Source of the DNA: Octopus vulgaris
Lineage: Eukaryota
Length of the DNA stretch: 64,000 nucleotides
NCBI GenBank assembly: GCA_951406725.2
Contig: OX597814.1
Span: 14,818,001 to 14,882,000 of the forward strand
Direction: 5' to 3'
The notes beneath the pieces are model-generated. The model made no database searches. It was given only the letters and a program-made list of their open reading frames with translations, and had not been told where the DNA came from. The position numbers and the translations under genes were made by a program. Of this stretch, positions 1 through 12,070 are shown in pieces; the first letter of the stretch is position 1, and every line of letters starts with the position of its first letter.

Positions 1-120
1 ACATAGAAGATTTGTCTCATCCACTTAAAGGATCTACTACACTCCCATCTTGACATGCGACAGGAAATTCTTTCCAGTCAAATATGTATATATATATATC
101 GAAGTAACCGCTATCATATG

Positions 121-348
121 TGGAGGCGATTCCCAGACCGAGCGTTGTGTGTGTTTATTGAGCGAAAACACCTAAAGCTCCACAAGTCTCCGGCAGGGGG
201 TGGTGGCGACCCTTGTTGTACTCTTTCGCCCCAACTTTCTCTCACTCTTTCTTCCTGTTTCCTGAGTAACGCTGCGATAGACTAGCGTCCCGTCCAGCTA
301 CGGGGAACACATGAGCCTGGCTAGGCTTGAAAAGGGCGCATAAAAAAT
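121..348 (+). mobile_element. SINE family A variant with a different 3' half
   Basis: 128-260 matches 5229-5360, then continues with an unrelated tail ending GCATAAAAAA. Confidence 0.7.
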
Positions 349-639
349 CACTCTCATAGCAATCAAATATTAATATTAAAAAACAACACAAGCTTTACTT
401 GTGTCGTTTTTTAATATTAACGAGAAAAAGATCTTGCTGCAGTCCTTATGCTGGTAAAGACTAACGAAGTAATTTGGCAAATTTCATTGATATAACTTAG
501 TTTTTCTTTAGATACTTTTCCATTCCTATTTGCTTATAATTGTACAGAATGTCCGTATTTAATTTGACGAGCTTTGTGTCTCCTTTTTTCAGGATTATTC
601 AATCCATTGGTGAGCAGTCGACGGTATTGGACAGTGTAA

Positions 640-870
640 GGCGGCGAGCTAGCAGAATCGTTAGCACGTCGGGCGAAATGCTTAGCGGTATTTTGGCTGC
701 CGTTACGTTGTGAGTTCAAGTTCCGTCGAGGTCGACTTTGCCTTTCATCCTTTCGGGGTCGATAAATTAAGTACCAGTTACGCACTGGGGTCGATGTAAT
801 CGACTTAATACCTATGTCTGTCCTTGTTTGTCCCCTCTGTGTTTAGCCCCTTGTGGGTAATAAAGAAACA
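640..870 (+). mobile_element. SINE family B, full length, with a 17-bp TSD
   Basis: tRNA-like head with B box GAGTTCAAGTTCC; central GCCTTTCATCCTTTCGGGGTCGATAAATTAAGTACC; TSD GGTATTGGACAGTGTAA at 623-639 and 871-887. Confidence 0.9.
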
Positions 871-1231
871 GGTATTGGACAGTGTAAATATGACATGTAT
901 TTGAGAAAAATTTCGCTTACATGGAGGAACGTAATCTATGTCAGTATCGGGAAAGTGTTAATTGTATCATGATGATTCGGACCAAGCATCAAAATGCTGG
1001 CATCATGACTGCCTCTCAGTTCTCTGTGAAGGCTGTGAGACAAACTCGGATATCATTAAAATCAATTTCCCAAAACTTGTGATGGTATTTCAGTGTATCT
1101 CCAGTGAGGGTGACGGCATTGAAGATAAATTTAGACGGCTATGTAAAGCCGATGGAGACTGTAGACAAACTTTGAGAGCGTTGCTGCTGGAAGGCCATAT
1201 GTGTGTTTGTTTATCCAGAATTCTACTGAGT

Positions 1232-1450
1232 CTAGTCCATATATATATGGGGAATATTTGTGTAGAGACTAGCTACGGCAAAGCAAACTAGTGCTATCTC
1301 TTTATCTACCTGTTCTGGGATATGGTTTAAGAAGTCCATGTCACCTCTAATGAAACTGGGAACTAATCTGCATAATGGTTTTAAAATAATATCCAGCAAA
1401 CTGCTTAATCTTTGGATGCCGAACGCTGGTCCTGCAGCGATCGGACGCAA
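1232..1450 (-). mobile_element. Penelope-like element RT fragment
   Basis: RPI..GP....LS..LD.ILKPL...VPSFIR...DFL.......V.SLYTNIPH, typical of the PLE RT N-terminal motifs. Confidence 0.8.
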
Positions 1451-2367
1451 TTTGAATAAGTAATAGTATTAATAAGGATAAGGAGAGCAAAGAATCTTCT
1501 CATCGAGAATTTTATTTAAAAGATAAAATTATATACAGCATCCTTTTCTGTGAATAACTGTTAAAATTATAGATGTGAAAAATCTCCGTTCTACTTAACA
1601 ATATTAATACTATATAAATACATACGTACATACTATATAAATACATACGATTTTCATTTGTTGGGTTTCTTATTTGATATCTATTTTTTTCTCTCCTTGT
1701 TTCTCTCCTTGTTTTTTTCTGTGTATCTTTCTGTAGAAGAGCGTAGGCTCGAAACGTAAAAGACTTTTTCTATTCCTGAGCGTTATACTAATACATATGT
1801 TTGTTTGTACACCACCTGCCTTCGTCTTTTGTTTATTTTCGTAAAGTTTCCCTTTATATCTATCTATCTATCTATCTATATATATATATATATATATAGC
1901 AATAACGTCTCCCGTCCATATGGACGGTGCTGATATATAAATATGTAACCCAAATTTTATCAAATATATACTTGTCCGACCGTCTCATGGCTCAGTGGTT
2001 GAGAAACACTGATTTAACCTCGAATTTGAGACACCAGCGTGTTGTGTTCTTGAGCAAGGATAGACTATTTTGCTATTCCAAAGAAAAACGTTTTTCCAGT
2101 TCACACAAATATGCAACCGAAGAGTTTAAAGTACCAGTAATGACCTTTGTCTGTTGACTGGGATAACACAAACGGTGGTTTAAACAGTAAGTTTGGCAGG
2201 AAAGCGAACGCTGCCTTCAAGCAGTACAAAAACAACAACAAATGGAAGGTGCAGTTATCTACTGTGTCTACGAAAGAAAAGCAGGACAAAAACGGCTGTA
2301 TCGATCGCATTCTCACCTGGTCGATTTTTGAATTTTTCGAAGATCTTATACACGCCCTGATACCGTC

Positions 2368-2411
<44 letters not shown>

Positions 2412-2956
2412 AACGTTGAATCCTTCATTCGCAATATTACTGAATCATGAACTTAACTATGGTCTGTCTATAGCACTTATTCAGCATTATCTGACACATT
2501 TGGGTCTCAATGACACCATTATCTCTCTCTCTCTCACTCTTTCTTTCTCTCTGTATGTATATATATATATAACCTATATATTTAAAAAAGAGACACCAGT
2601 TGTGATAAAAAAAGAAATAAAGATAATGACTAATTATGTAATTCCAAAGTAATTTAATTAGGATTTTTTACTTCACATTTGTTATATGCAAAAGATTAGA
2701 GTTCCTTTCTGAAGATTTTTTCCTATTATCTGAGGATAAGTCTGTTGACAGGGAGAACACAAACGTGGTTTAAACAGTAAGCTTGGCAGGAAAGAAACGT
2801 GCCTTTAAGCAGTACAAAAACAACAAAAAATGGAAGGTGCAGTTATGTACTGGTCGACGAAAGAAAAGCAGGACAAAAACGGCTGTATCGATCGCATTCT
2901 CACCTGGAATCGATTTTTGTAATTTTTTCAAGATTTATACACGCCCTGATACCGTC

Positions 2957-3015
<59 letters not shown>

Positions 3016-3169
3016 ACGTTGAATCCTTCATAGATAATAGGAAAAAATCTATCAGAAAGGAACTCTAATCTTTTGATAAGCATAACAAATGTGCAACCGG
3101 TAAAAAGAACTTCACCTAATTAAATTACTTAAATTACTTAAATTATTTTGTCAGCATTTTCTTCATTTC

Positions 3170-3214
<45 letters not shown>

Positions 3215-3625
3215 AGTGTGTGTGCGTGTGTGTGTGTAATGTATGTACGTATGTATGTGTGTATGTGTGTATGTAAGGACAGAAACACACACATATGTGT
3301 GTGAGCTTCTATGCGCATGCAAATACAGTGTCAGGTGATCATCAGTTACAACGTACTATAATGTCAAATATCCGTGTAAGCTAGCTTTCTTTATTTGAAT
3401 TAATTTCTGAATATAAAACCGTTTTGTATATTGATGAGCAATGATATGAAAGAAGACACGTGAGTATAATTTCTTACATATTGAAATTAATGCATGAAGA
3501 AATTTGAGAACCGCCTGTAATGCTACCAAAGTCAGGGGTTAAATATAATATATATTCATTTCTCAAGCCTGGTGACTTTGCAAATATATACTTATATATC
3601 TGTAGATAATTGCGTATTTATATTC

Positions 3626-3675
<50 letters not shown>

Positions 3676-3992
3676 TACATATTTATATATATATGACTGC
3701 GTAACACATATGTATGTGTGTGTGAGAAGAAGAAAGTGAGAGAGAGAGAGAGAGAAGAGAGAGAGGTGAGAGAAAGAGAGAGAGAGGTGAGAGAGAGAGA
3801 GAGTGAGAGATAGACAAATAGATAGATAGGTAGAGCGAGAATTCTCATATGCACGGTTCTATGCTTTTGTTTGTACGCATGTTTCATATATGTTTCATAT
3901 AACAACCACACAGTGGTTTACTTAAACTTCCATAACATTATGAAAACCATTTGTGTTACACACATTTGAACGTTCGATGATTTTGGCCGATA

Positions 3993-4523
3993 TTACGACT
4001 CATATTCGTCCTCAATTCCTCCGGATATTACATCGACTTTCCGTGCGCACACACAAGCTGTGGCCACCTCGATGGCACTTGGTTTATAAACGTACAGTCC
4101 ATCAACACATTGAGCTGTACGTTTCAGGACAGTCATTGGAGTATAAACCATCACACATTGGTGGTTACTGTCAGAGTCCAGACAGTCTGTACAACGACAC
4201 ACGACTTCTCTGCGTGACGGAGGAAAATATGTGGAATTGTGGGTAATTTTCAGGTACCATGGGCAGGTTGAACGATCGCGAATGATATCAGTAGATACAG
4301 AAGATGTTGGGCAAGTTTTATCCCCTTCGGTCAGTGCTTGTTGGTCACTTCTCGCTGGAGCCATTTCAGCTGGCAAGAAAAAGTTATTGCCGATCGCTGC
4401 GCTGGATAGTTCCTCGTATTGGACTTTCAAGACTTTTGGTATTTTACATTGAGTCGGAATTGACGCAGAGGACATCAACAATACGACATCGGTGAGGAGG
4501 AAAATTCCAGCCTGGATGAGAAC
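3993..4523 (-). CDS. IL17: Interleukin-17-like protein, paralog A, main coding exon (first exon not located)
   Basis: IL-17 cystine-knot motifs RSTCPWY, CRCTDCL, CVMVY and VATACVCA. Acceptor cacgcag|GTT at 4524/4523 extends the ORF in frame with the signal-peptide-like VLIQAGIFLLTDVVLLMSSAS. Near-identical to 32693-33223. Confidence 0.9.
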   Translation of the reverse strand, partial: VLIQAGIFLLTDVVLLMSSASIPTQCKIPKVLKVQYEELSSAAIGNNFFLPAEMAPARSDQQALTEGDKTCPTSSVSTDIIRDRSTCPWYLKITHNSTYFPPSRREVVCRCTDCLDSDSNHQCVMVYTPMTVLKRTAQCVDGLYVYKPSAIEVATACVCARKVDVISGGIEDEYES

Positions 4524-5169
4524 CTGCGTGATATAAAATGTTTATGTTAAGATAAGTAGTTACGTTTCAACATAGCTCACAGCTAAACGAATGAGAGAAA
4601 CCAAGAATAATATACTACACCTATAGCACACATAAAATCCCTCACTCTTTCCATTTCCCTCCCCCTCCGTCCCTCTCCATCTCTCCTTCTCTCAAATACC
4701 CAGCGGCATATATATATTCAAACCAGTGTAATAAAGATTAGAGGGCATTCTTTGTAGTGTGTGGAATGAAAGAGAAATATGTCTGTGTATTTTGTAAGAG
4801 AAAATTGATGAATGAGTTATTTTCAACAGCCGTTGATATCCATATTTCAAGCAGAAAAAATGTAGAATGGAGAAGTATGGTAATATGTGTAGAGAAAACT
4901 TATGAATGAGATATTTTCAACAAGACTTGAATCAGCTATTGATATCCGTATTTCAAGTAGGTAAAAGTTACAATGGAGAAGTATAATAATGGGTGTAGGT
5001 GTGACTGACCCATACTTATATGAATGCGCAAGTAAACAACGAAATTTGACAAAATGTGACTGTCTAAGCGCTAGAGTTATATTTAATTTGAAAGATAGTA
5101 AATAGCAAACTGAAGAATTATGGAGAACATTTGAAATGTATTATTACCATAATGAGTTATTTTGTTAGT

Positions 5170-5549
5170 GGAGGCGCAATGGCCCAGTGGTTAGGGCAAC
5201 GGACTCGCGGTCATAGGATCGCGGTTTCGATTCCCACACCGGGCGTTGTGAGTGTTTATTAAGCGAAAACACCTAAAGCTCCACGAGGCTCCGGCAGGGA
5301 ATGGTGGTGACCCCCTTGTACTCTTTCACCACAACTTTCTCTCACTCTTACTTCCTGTTTCTGTTGTATCTGTATTTCAAAGGGCCGGCCTTGTCACTCT
5401 CTGTGTCACGCTGAATATTCCCGAGAACTACGTTAAGGGTACACGTGTCTGTGGAGTGCTCAGCCACTTACACGCTAATTTCACGAGCAGGCTGTTCCGT
5501 TGATTCGGATCAACCGGAACACTCGTCGTCGTAACCGACGGAGTGCTTC
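5170..5549 (+). mobile_element. SINE family A (tRNA-Arg-derived, resembles octopus OR-type SINEs)
   Basis: Head GGCGCAATGGCCCAGTGGTTAGGGC..GACTCGCGGTC..GGTTTCGATTCCC (A and B boxes, TCG anticodon-like). Repeated elsewhere in the window. Confidence 0.88.
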
Positions 5550-6317
5550 CTCCCTATTTTGTCAATTTATACATCAGTGTAAAGGTATATCAACCACGGC
5601 GATATTGCAATTTGTGAGGTATCTAATGTTTAGGGGAGCAGCACAGATATCCCAAAAAGTTCTCAAGAAATTTTTCGTTGTTACTCGAGTAATTAGCTGT
5701 CAACCTTAAAGTAAACATCATTCGCAATAATGCTGCAAGCTTCTTTGGTTGCTTCGCTGACAATGTAAACAGTAAAGTTTGTCATTTTAAAATTAATGCA
5801 TATATATATATATATACCGACGGTATCAGGGCGTGTATAAATCTTGTAAAATTAAGATGTTGCTCCTTCCAAATTATATTTTCCAGTCAATAGATAAATC
5901 AAAGAATGCGCGAATGTCACGTTATAATTATCGTTCAGCTTTCTAAAACAAAAACGTAACGTGAGGTTGCAACTTTTAAAGAGAAGGGACAGTAATTATC
6001 GGTTAAAATGTAGTCACCTGTAAAATTAGTGGATATAATTCAATTAGCCATGGATTTTCCCATAAATTATAAGTATGTAATTGGAGTCAAGACCGACAAC
6101 TTTGTACTGATATCGAGTTGTATTAGTAGTAATAATGAAAGCAAATCAGGTTGAGGAATTTTGAAATCATTCAAAATGTACGTTTCAGGTTCGCCTAAAA
6201 TTAGGAATTGCATCCTTCCCCAATTAAAGCATTAGAATATATATAAATCTTCCTCAATTAAAGCATTAATGTATATATACATATTCCTCAGTTAAAGCAT
6301 TATTATATATATAATAA

Positions 6318-6560
6318 TTCTTTGTATAATAAAAATCTGTTCTGTCTGTCTCTGTCTCTGTCTTCTAGGATCTCTGGCATCCTCCATCCGATTGCGCTCA
6401 AATTTGATATGTAGATACCGACGGTATCAGGGCGTGTATAAGTCTCTCGAAAAAATTACAAAAATCGATTCCAGGTGAGAATGCAACCGATAAAGTCGTG
6501 GGAACATGCATTTGTACGCGCAAGAACATCAGGTGTTGCGATCGATACTACACGTACGCG
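6318..6560 (-). mobile_element. Second Helitron-like repeat family (related pieces at 2148-2371, 2741-2961, 5813-5850)
   Basis: Shared block ATACACGCCCTGATACCGTCGGTAT, with a (GTCT)-rich end. Confidence 0.45.
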
Positions 6561-6719
6561 AGAAAAATGCACGTGCCATTTGCGAAAAAAAAAAAAAGCC
6601 GGCTGGCTTGAAATAATGCCACAAAATGCAGTATATTTAAGAGCCCAAAAAATAAGATTCAAAAGAGATATTTTCTTCAAACTCAATTTGAATTCAGAAC
6701 GTAAAGACTGACAAAATAC

Positions 6720-7137
6720 CTATTTCTTTACTACCCAGAAGGGGCTAAACACAGAGAGGACAAGCAAGGACAGATAAACGGATTAAGTCGATTATATCAA
6801 CCCCAGTACGTAACTGGTACTTAATTTAATCGACCCCGAAAGGATGAAAGGCAAAGTCGACCTCGGCGGAATTTGAACTCAGAACGTAGCGGCAGACGAA
6901 ATACCTATTTCTTAACTACCCACAAGGGGCTAAACACAGAGAGGACAAACAAGGACAGACAAACGGATTAAGTCGATTACATCGACCCCAGTGTGTAACT
7001 GGTACTTAATTTATCGACCCCGAAAGGATGAAAGGCAAAGTCGACCTCGGCGGAATTTGGACTCAGAACGTAACGGCAGACGAAACATCGCTAAGCATCT
7101 CCTCCGGCGTGCTAACGATTCTGCCAGCTCGCCGCCT
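6720..7137 (-). mobile_element. SINE family B, tandem dimer (one full copy plus one 5'-truncated copy)
   Basis: Two consecutive reverse-complement copies of 640-870. Confidence 0.88.
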
Positions 7138-7574
7138 TAATCTCAATAGGTACTTGTCCCATCATTCCATATTCTCCACTATCTCATTTGTATACGTATG
7201 TATGAAATTTTATTTAAGCCTATATCCATCCCTTTGTAATAACCAACGATTGTCAAGAATGTGATTTTACGAGGATACTTTACATGGTTTGTAAGATTTC
7301 TATTAATTTTTCTTCAAGGACAAGAACTCTGGAAACGACCGTAGAAAGTAGCCTTCCTCGAATCGTATTATATAGCTTATATACCATTTATATATATAAA
7401 GATATCACACTTAATTTTGTGCATCTTTTATTTGAAATTTTTAACCACTCTCAGTTTTAGTATGAAAAAATATTTATCTGTTCTTTTTCATACACTTCTT
7501 TCCATATATATCCCCACATGGGTTTTATTTTCAAGTATCAGGACGACCAAAGTAATCACTGGCTGGGGATTAAC

Positions 7575-7617
7575 ACACGCTGAGGACGGGTAACTACCCA
7601 GAAACTCGAGTCTGTGT
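7575..7617 (+). ncRNA. Minimal type I hammerhead ribozyme motif
   Basis: acacg-CTGAGGA-c gggt aact accc a-GAAAC-TCGA-GTC^tgtgt. Confidence 0.75.
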
Positions 7618-7927
7618 ATATCATGTAAGGCTAGGGATGGTAGCGATGACCTCCCCTCGCAAATACTAATCGGACACAGAATGTGTGTTGTTAGGCAGCT
7701 GGAAGAGATATCTTACTGGGGCTATAAACGCCACTAGCACTGTCCCGTATAGGACACCACACTTAGCAATTATATGTTACGATTCCGTATTGCTACTGTT
7801 TACATCTCCCTCAGATATGTAATATAGCTTATTTCTACTTTTTCGCGATCAGCGACGAATCGTCACTGAAAAAAGCTTATAGCATTTTGCCAGTGGGAGT
7901 GAGTTTTCATAACTAGTTGGTGATTAA

Positions 7928-7975
7928 TACACGCTGATGATGAGTAACCACCTAGAAACTCAAGTCCATGCGTAT
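7928..7975 (+). ncRNA. Degenerate second hammerhead copy, 354 bp downstream of the first
   Basis: tacacg-CTGATGA-tgagtaaccaccta-GAAAC-TCAA-GTC, within a ~200-bp direct repeat. Confidence 0.5.
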
Positions 7976-8128
7976 CACGTAAGGCTAGGGATGGAAGCGA
8001 TGACCTCCCCTTGCAAATACCAATTGGACATAGAATGTATCTCGTTAGCCAGCAGGAAGAGATATCTTCCTGGGGCTATACACGCCAGTAACACTGTCCC
8101 GTATAAGACACCACATTTGGTTGGCAAT

Positions 8129-8179
<51 letters not shown>

Positions 8180-8180
<1 letters not shown>

Positions 8181-8630
8181 CTCTTTTACTTGTTTCAGTT
8201 ATTTGACTGCGGCCATGCTGGAGTACCGCCTTTAGTCGAGCAAATCGACCCCAGGACTTATTCTTTGTAAGGCTAGTATTTATTCTATCGATCTATTTAA
8301 CCGAACAGCTAAATTACGGGGACGTAAACAAACCAGCATCGGTTGTCAAGCGATTTTGGGGAGACAAACACAGACACACAAACATATACATACACATACA
8401 TACATACATACATACATACATGCATACATACATACATACATACATACGTACATACATATATATATATATACGTATATACGACGGGCTTCTTTCAGTTTCC
8501 GTCTACCAAATCCTCTCACAAGGCTTTGGTCGGCCCGAGGCTATAGTAGAAGACACTTGCCCGATGTGCTATGCAGTGGGACTGAACCCGAAACCATGTT
8601 GTTGGTAAGCTACTTACCACACAGCCACCC
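8180..8630 (-). mobile_element. SINE family C
   Basis: Reverse-complement match to 53432-53792. Confidence 0.85.
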
Positions 8631-8639
8631 CTACATATA

Positions 8640-8678
<39 letters not shown>

Positions 8679-8711
8679 ACCGGTATATATCTATATATAT
8701 ATATATATATA

Positions 8712-9208
8712 TACTAGTATTAAAGACCGGTCGTTGCCGGGTCATAGTGCTAGTGCATGTATATATGTGTATATATATGTGTACATATTACATGTACATC
8801 TGTATATATACATCTAAACATAAAATGCAAAATACAAAGTTATATCTTGATATCGCTAGTGCAGGACGCCTACGTCTAAGATATAAAGGTAAAAGTAAAA
8901 TATTTCTACTTTGCAAGTTCGAGTCGAGTACCCCCTTGCACCCTAAGTAAGGCATGTGTAAAATTTGAATGGAATTGGTTGTGTAGTTCTCAAGTTTTAG
9001 GGAATCGTAGTGGAGAAGATATGATATTGCTGTGGGCTCGCCCTAAGCAAAAAGTTAAAAATTATTTTTGCCGATGACACTCTCCGGACCCTAAGTAAAG
9101 CATGTGTAAAATTTGAATGAAATTGGTTGCGTAGTTCTCAAGTTTAAGGGAAACACACAGACAGACAGACGGACAGACACACATTCTCAGTTTTATATAT
9201 ATAAAGAT
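8712..9208 (+). mobile_element. Helitron/Helentron-like (DINE-1/HINE-type) non-autonomous element
   Basis: Starts ACTAG with a short subterminal hairpin (GACCGG..CCGGGTC), has an internal ~137-bp tandem unit and (CAGA)n, and ends TTTTATATATATAAAGAT. Further copies at ~10340-10679 and ~22480-22810. Confidence 0.6.
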
Positions 9209-9663
9209 ATATATATATATATGTATAATATCAAAATTAATATACTCGAAAGTATATGTTAATACCGCGCTGTCAAGGATATCCCAAAGTATTGAAATTT
9301 AAAGTGAATATAAGAATTGCTTCGTTGGACAAGTGGTGACGTCAATGGATAGCTAGTGAATAAAAAGAGAGAAGTATTCCCTGTTATGATTAATATTGAA
9401 CTTAGAGTTTACGTCACAACTATTGCCATTTTTTTGAGTCCGAGGAAAGTCGTTCTCATTGGTGCTTTATAATTTGACACACTTACCGGTTTGATTTCTA
9501 TTCATTAACTTGTTTATTCTAAACTTTTCATTGTGTCTTGCAAACTTTTCAATAATCCTTGACTGTCCATTATGTGAGCTGCGTTCTTTTTGCTTGTTTG
9601 TATGTTTGTTTGTTTGTGTGCATGCGTGCGTCAATGTGGAAGGGTATACACATAGGTATGTCA

Positions 9664-9701
<38 letters not shown>

Positions 9702-10024
9702 GTGTATGCATGCATGCATGTATGTATGTATGTATGTATGTATGTATGTATGTATGTATGTATGTGTATGTATGTGTGTGTATGCATATATACTAATACA
9801 TCTGTTTGTTTTGTGCACCACCTGTCTTCGTCTTTTGTTTTTTTTTTCCGTAATCTCTCCCTATATGTATATATGTATGTATGTATGTATGTATGCATGC
9901 ATGTATGTATGTATGTATGTATGTATGTGTGTGTAAGCATATATACATATGTACATGCATGTGTGTACGTATGTATGTATTCTGTATATTCCTGTGTTTG
10001 TGTGTTCATGTTTGTGTGCTTCTA

Positions 10025-11385
10025 TGCAATATTCAATAAATAAACTGGACCTGGAGGGATTGCAATCCCAGAGGCACAGTCAGTGCGAGACCTGGGCATT
10101 TACATGAGTAATGATGCAATCTTTCATGTGCATGTTGCTAAATTGGCAATGAAATGCAGGCGGCTGACCGGATGGATTCTTAGAAATTTTAGACCAAGAG
10201 ACCAGGAAACCATGATGGTCCTCTGGAGGACACTTGTTCTAACTGTTATTATTATTTATATTGTTAAAGTAAAAGTATCTGACATAAAATAGAGAAACGT
10301 TTTTGTTTCACTTTTAACACGTAATAATGAAATAGTGAAGAAGATATGATATTGATATGGGCTCGCTCTAGGCAAGAGGTTGAACATTTTTTTGCCCATG
10401 AAACTACATGGACACTAAGTAAGGCATGTATAAAATTTGAATGGAATTGGATGTGTAGTTCTCAAGTTTAGGGAATCGTAGTGGAGAAGATATGATATTG
10501 CTGTGGGCTCGCTCTAGGCAAAAAGTAAAAAATTGTTTTTGCCGATGACACTCCCCGGACCCTAAGTAAAGCATGTGTAAAATTTGAATGAAATTGGTTG
10601 CGTAGTTCTCAAGTTTAAGGGAAACTCACAGACAGACAGTTGGACAGACACACACTCTCAGTTTTATATATATAAAGATATATATATATATATGTATAAT
10701 ATCAAAATTAATATACTCGAAAGTATATGTTAATACCGCGTTGTCAAGGATATCCCAAGTGGTGACGTCAATGGATAGCTAGCGAATAAAAAAAGAGAAG
10801 TATTCCCTGTTATGATTAATATTGAACTTAGAGTTTACGTCACAACTATTGTATTTTTATTGAGTCCGAGGAAAGTCGTTCTCTTTCGGTGCTTTATAAT
10901 CTGACACACTTACCGGTTCGATTTCTACTCATTAACTAGTTTATTTATTCTAAAAGTTTCATTGTGTCTTGCAAACCTTTCAATAATCCTTGACTGTCCA
11001 TTATGAGAGCTGCGTTCGTTTTGCTTGTTTGTTTGTTTGTTTGTGTGCATGCGTGTATCAATGTGGAAGGGTATACACATAGGTATGTCAGTCTGTCTTT
11101 TGTCTGTCTGTCTGTCTGTATGTATGCATGCATGTATGTATGCATGTATATATGTATGTATGTATCAGACGCCATGATAGATCGTCGACCACTACACACA
11201 AAGTTTTCTCTCTTTTTTTTTCTCTCCTTGTTTCTCTCCTTGTTTTTTCTGTGTCCCTTTCTGTAGAAGATCGCAGGCTCGAAACGTAAAATACTTTTCT
11301 CTTTCTGAACGTTATACTAATACATCTGTTTGTTTTGTACACCACCTGTCTTCGTCTTTTGTTTTTTTTCCGTAAACTCTCCCTA

Positions 11386-11421
<36 letters not shown>

Positions 11422-11756
11422 TGTATGTATGTATGTATGTATGTATGTATGTATGTGTGTATGCATATATACATATATACATGCATGTGTGTACGTATGT
11501 ATGTATTCTGTATCTTCCTGTGTTTATGTGTTCATGTTTGTGTGCTTGTACGTGAGTGTATATTTGTGTGTGTACCTCTGTCCCCTTGTGTGTGCATGTT
11601 TGGATGTGTCAATGCGTATGGTTTTGTGTGATTGCGTACGTGCGTCTGTTATGTATGGATGTGTGTCTCCATGTGTCCTTGCGTGTGTGCATATGGGTAT
11701 TTGGTCATGTTTTTCAGTCTTCACTTGTGTAGGTATATGTGTATGCGTGTGTACTT
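10025..11756 (+). repeat. Direct duplicate of 22168-24023; part of it is also duplicated at about 9000-10020
   Basis: Same order of blocks: CR1 piece, spacer, Helitron-like unit, then (TATG)n-rich block. Confidence 0.9.
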
Positions 11757-11779
11757 GCCAGTACGTATTACCCATGTAC

Positions 11780-11871
<92 letters not shown>

Positions 11872-12070
11872 TGACGGATGTGATGTCGTTTCAGCTCCGA
11901 AGGTAATCATTTATTTTGACTATTTATAGCCAATTTTTGTCCAGATTTTTGCAAATAAGGTGTGTAAGGCAACCAACTTTCATTTGAGTGCTTTTCCAAG
12001 GGAGGAATTCGCCCCTAGGGGCAGTTTCGACCCCATTTCATTTCTATTATTTTCTTCTCGACATTAGAAA

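Noticed and set aside
5172-5245. Possible tRNA-Arg gene
   Set aside because: The acceptor stem is not intact and the sequence continues into a repeated SINE body.
5140-6065. Candidate first exon or promoter for IL-17 A (ATG|gtaat near 5150; GGGAAAATCC near 6052-6061, minus strand)
   Set aside because: Weak donor, no match to the paralog B exon 1, and no consistent TATA-ATG-donor arrangement.
9467-11929. Long ORFs such as MYVCMYVC.., HTYIHTYI.., YLSIYLSI.. and YIYIYI.. (also at 17574, 23190, 37788, 42578-43213, 47450, 48433-48814 and elsewhere)
   Set aside because: They are translations of (TATG)n, (TCTA)n, (TA)n, (CA)n and trinucleotide microsatellites, with no coding signal.
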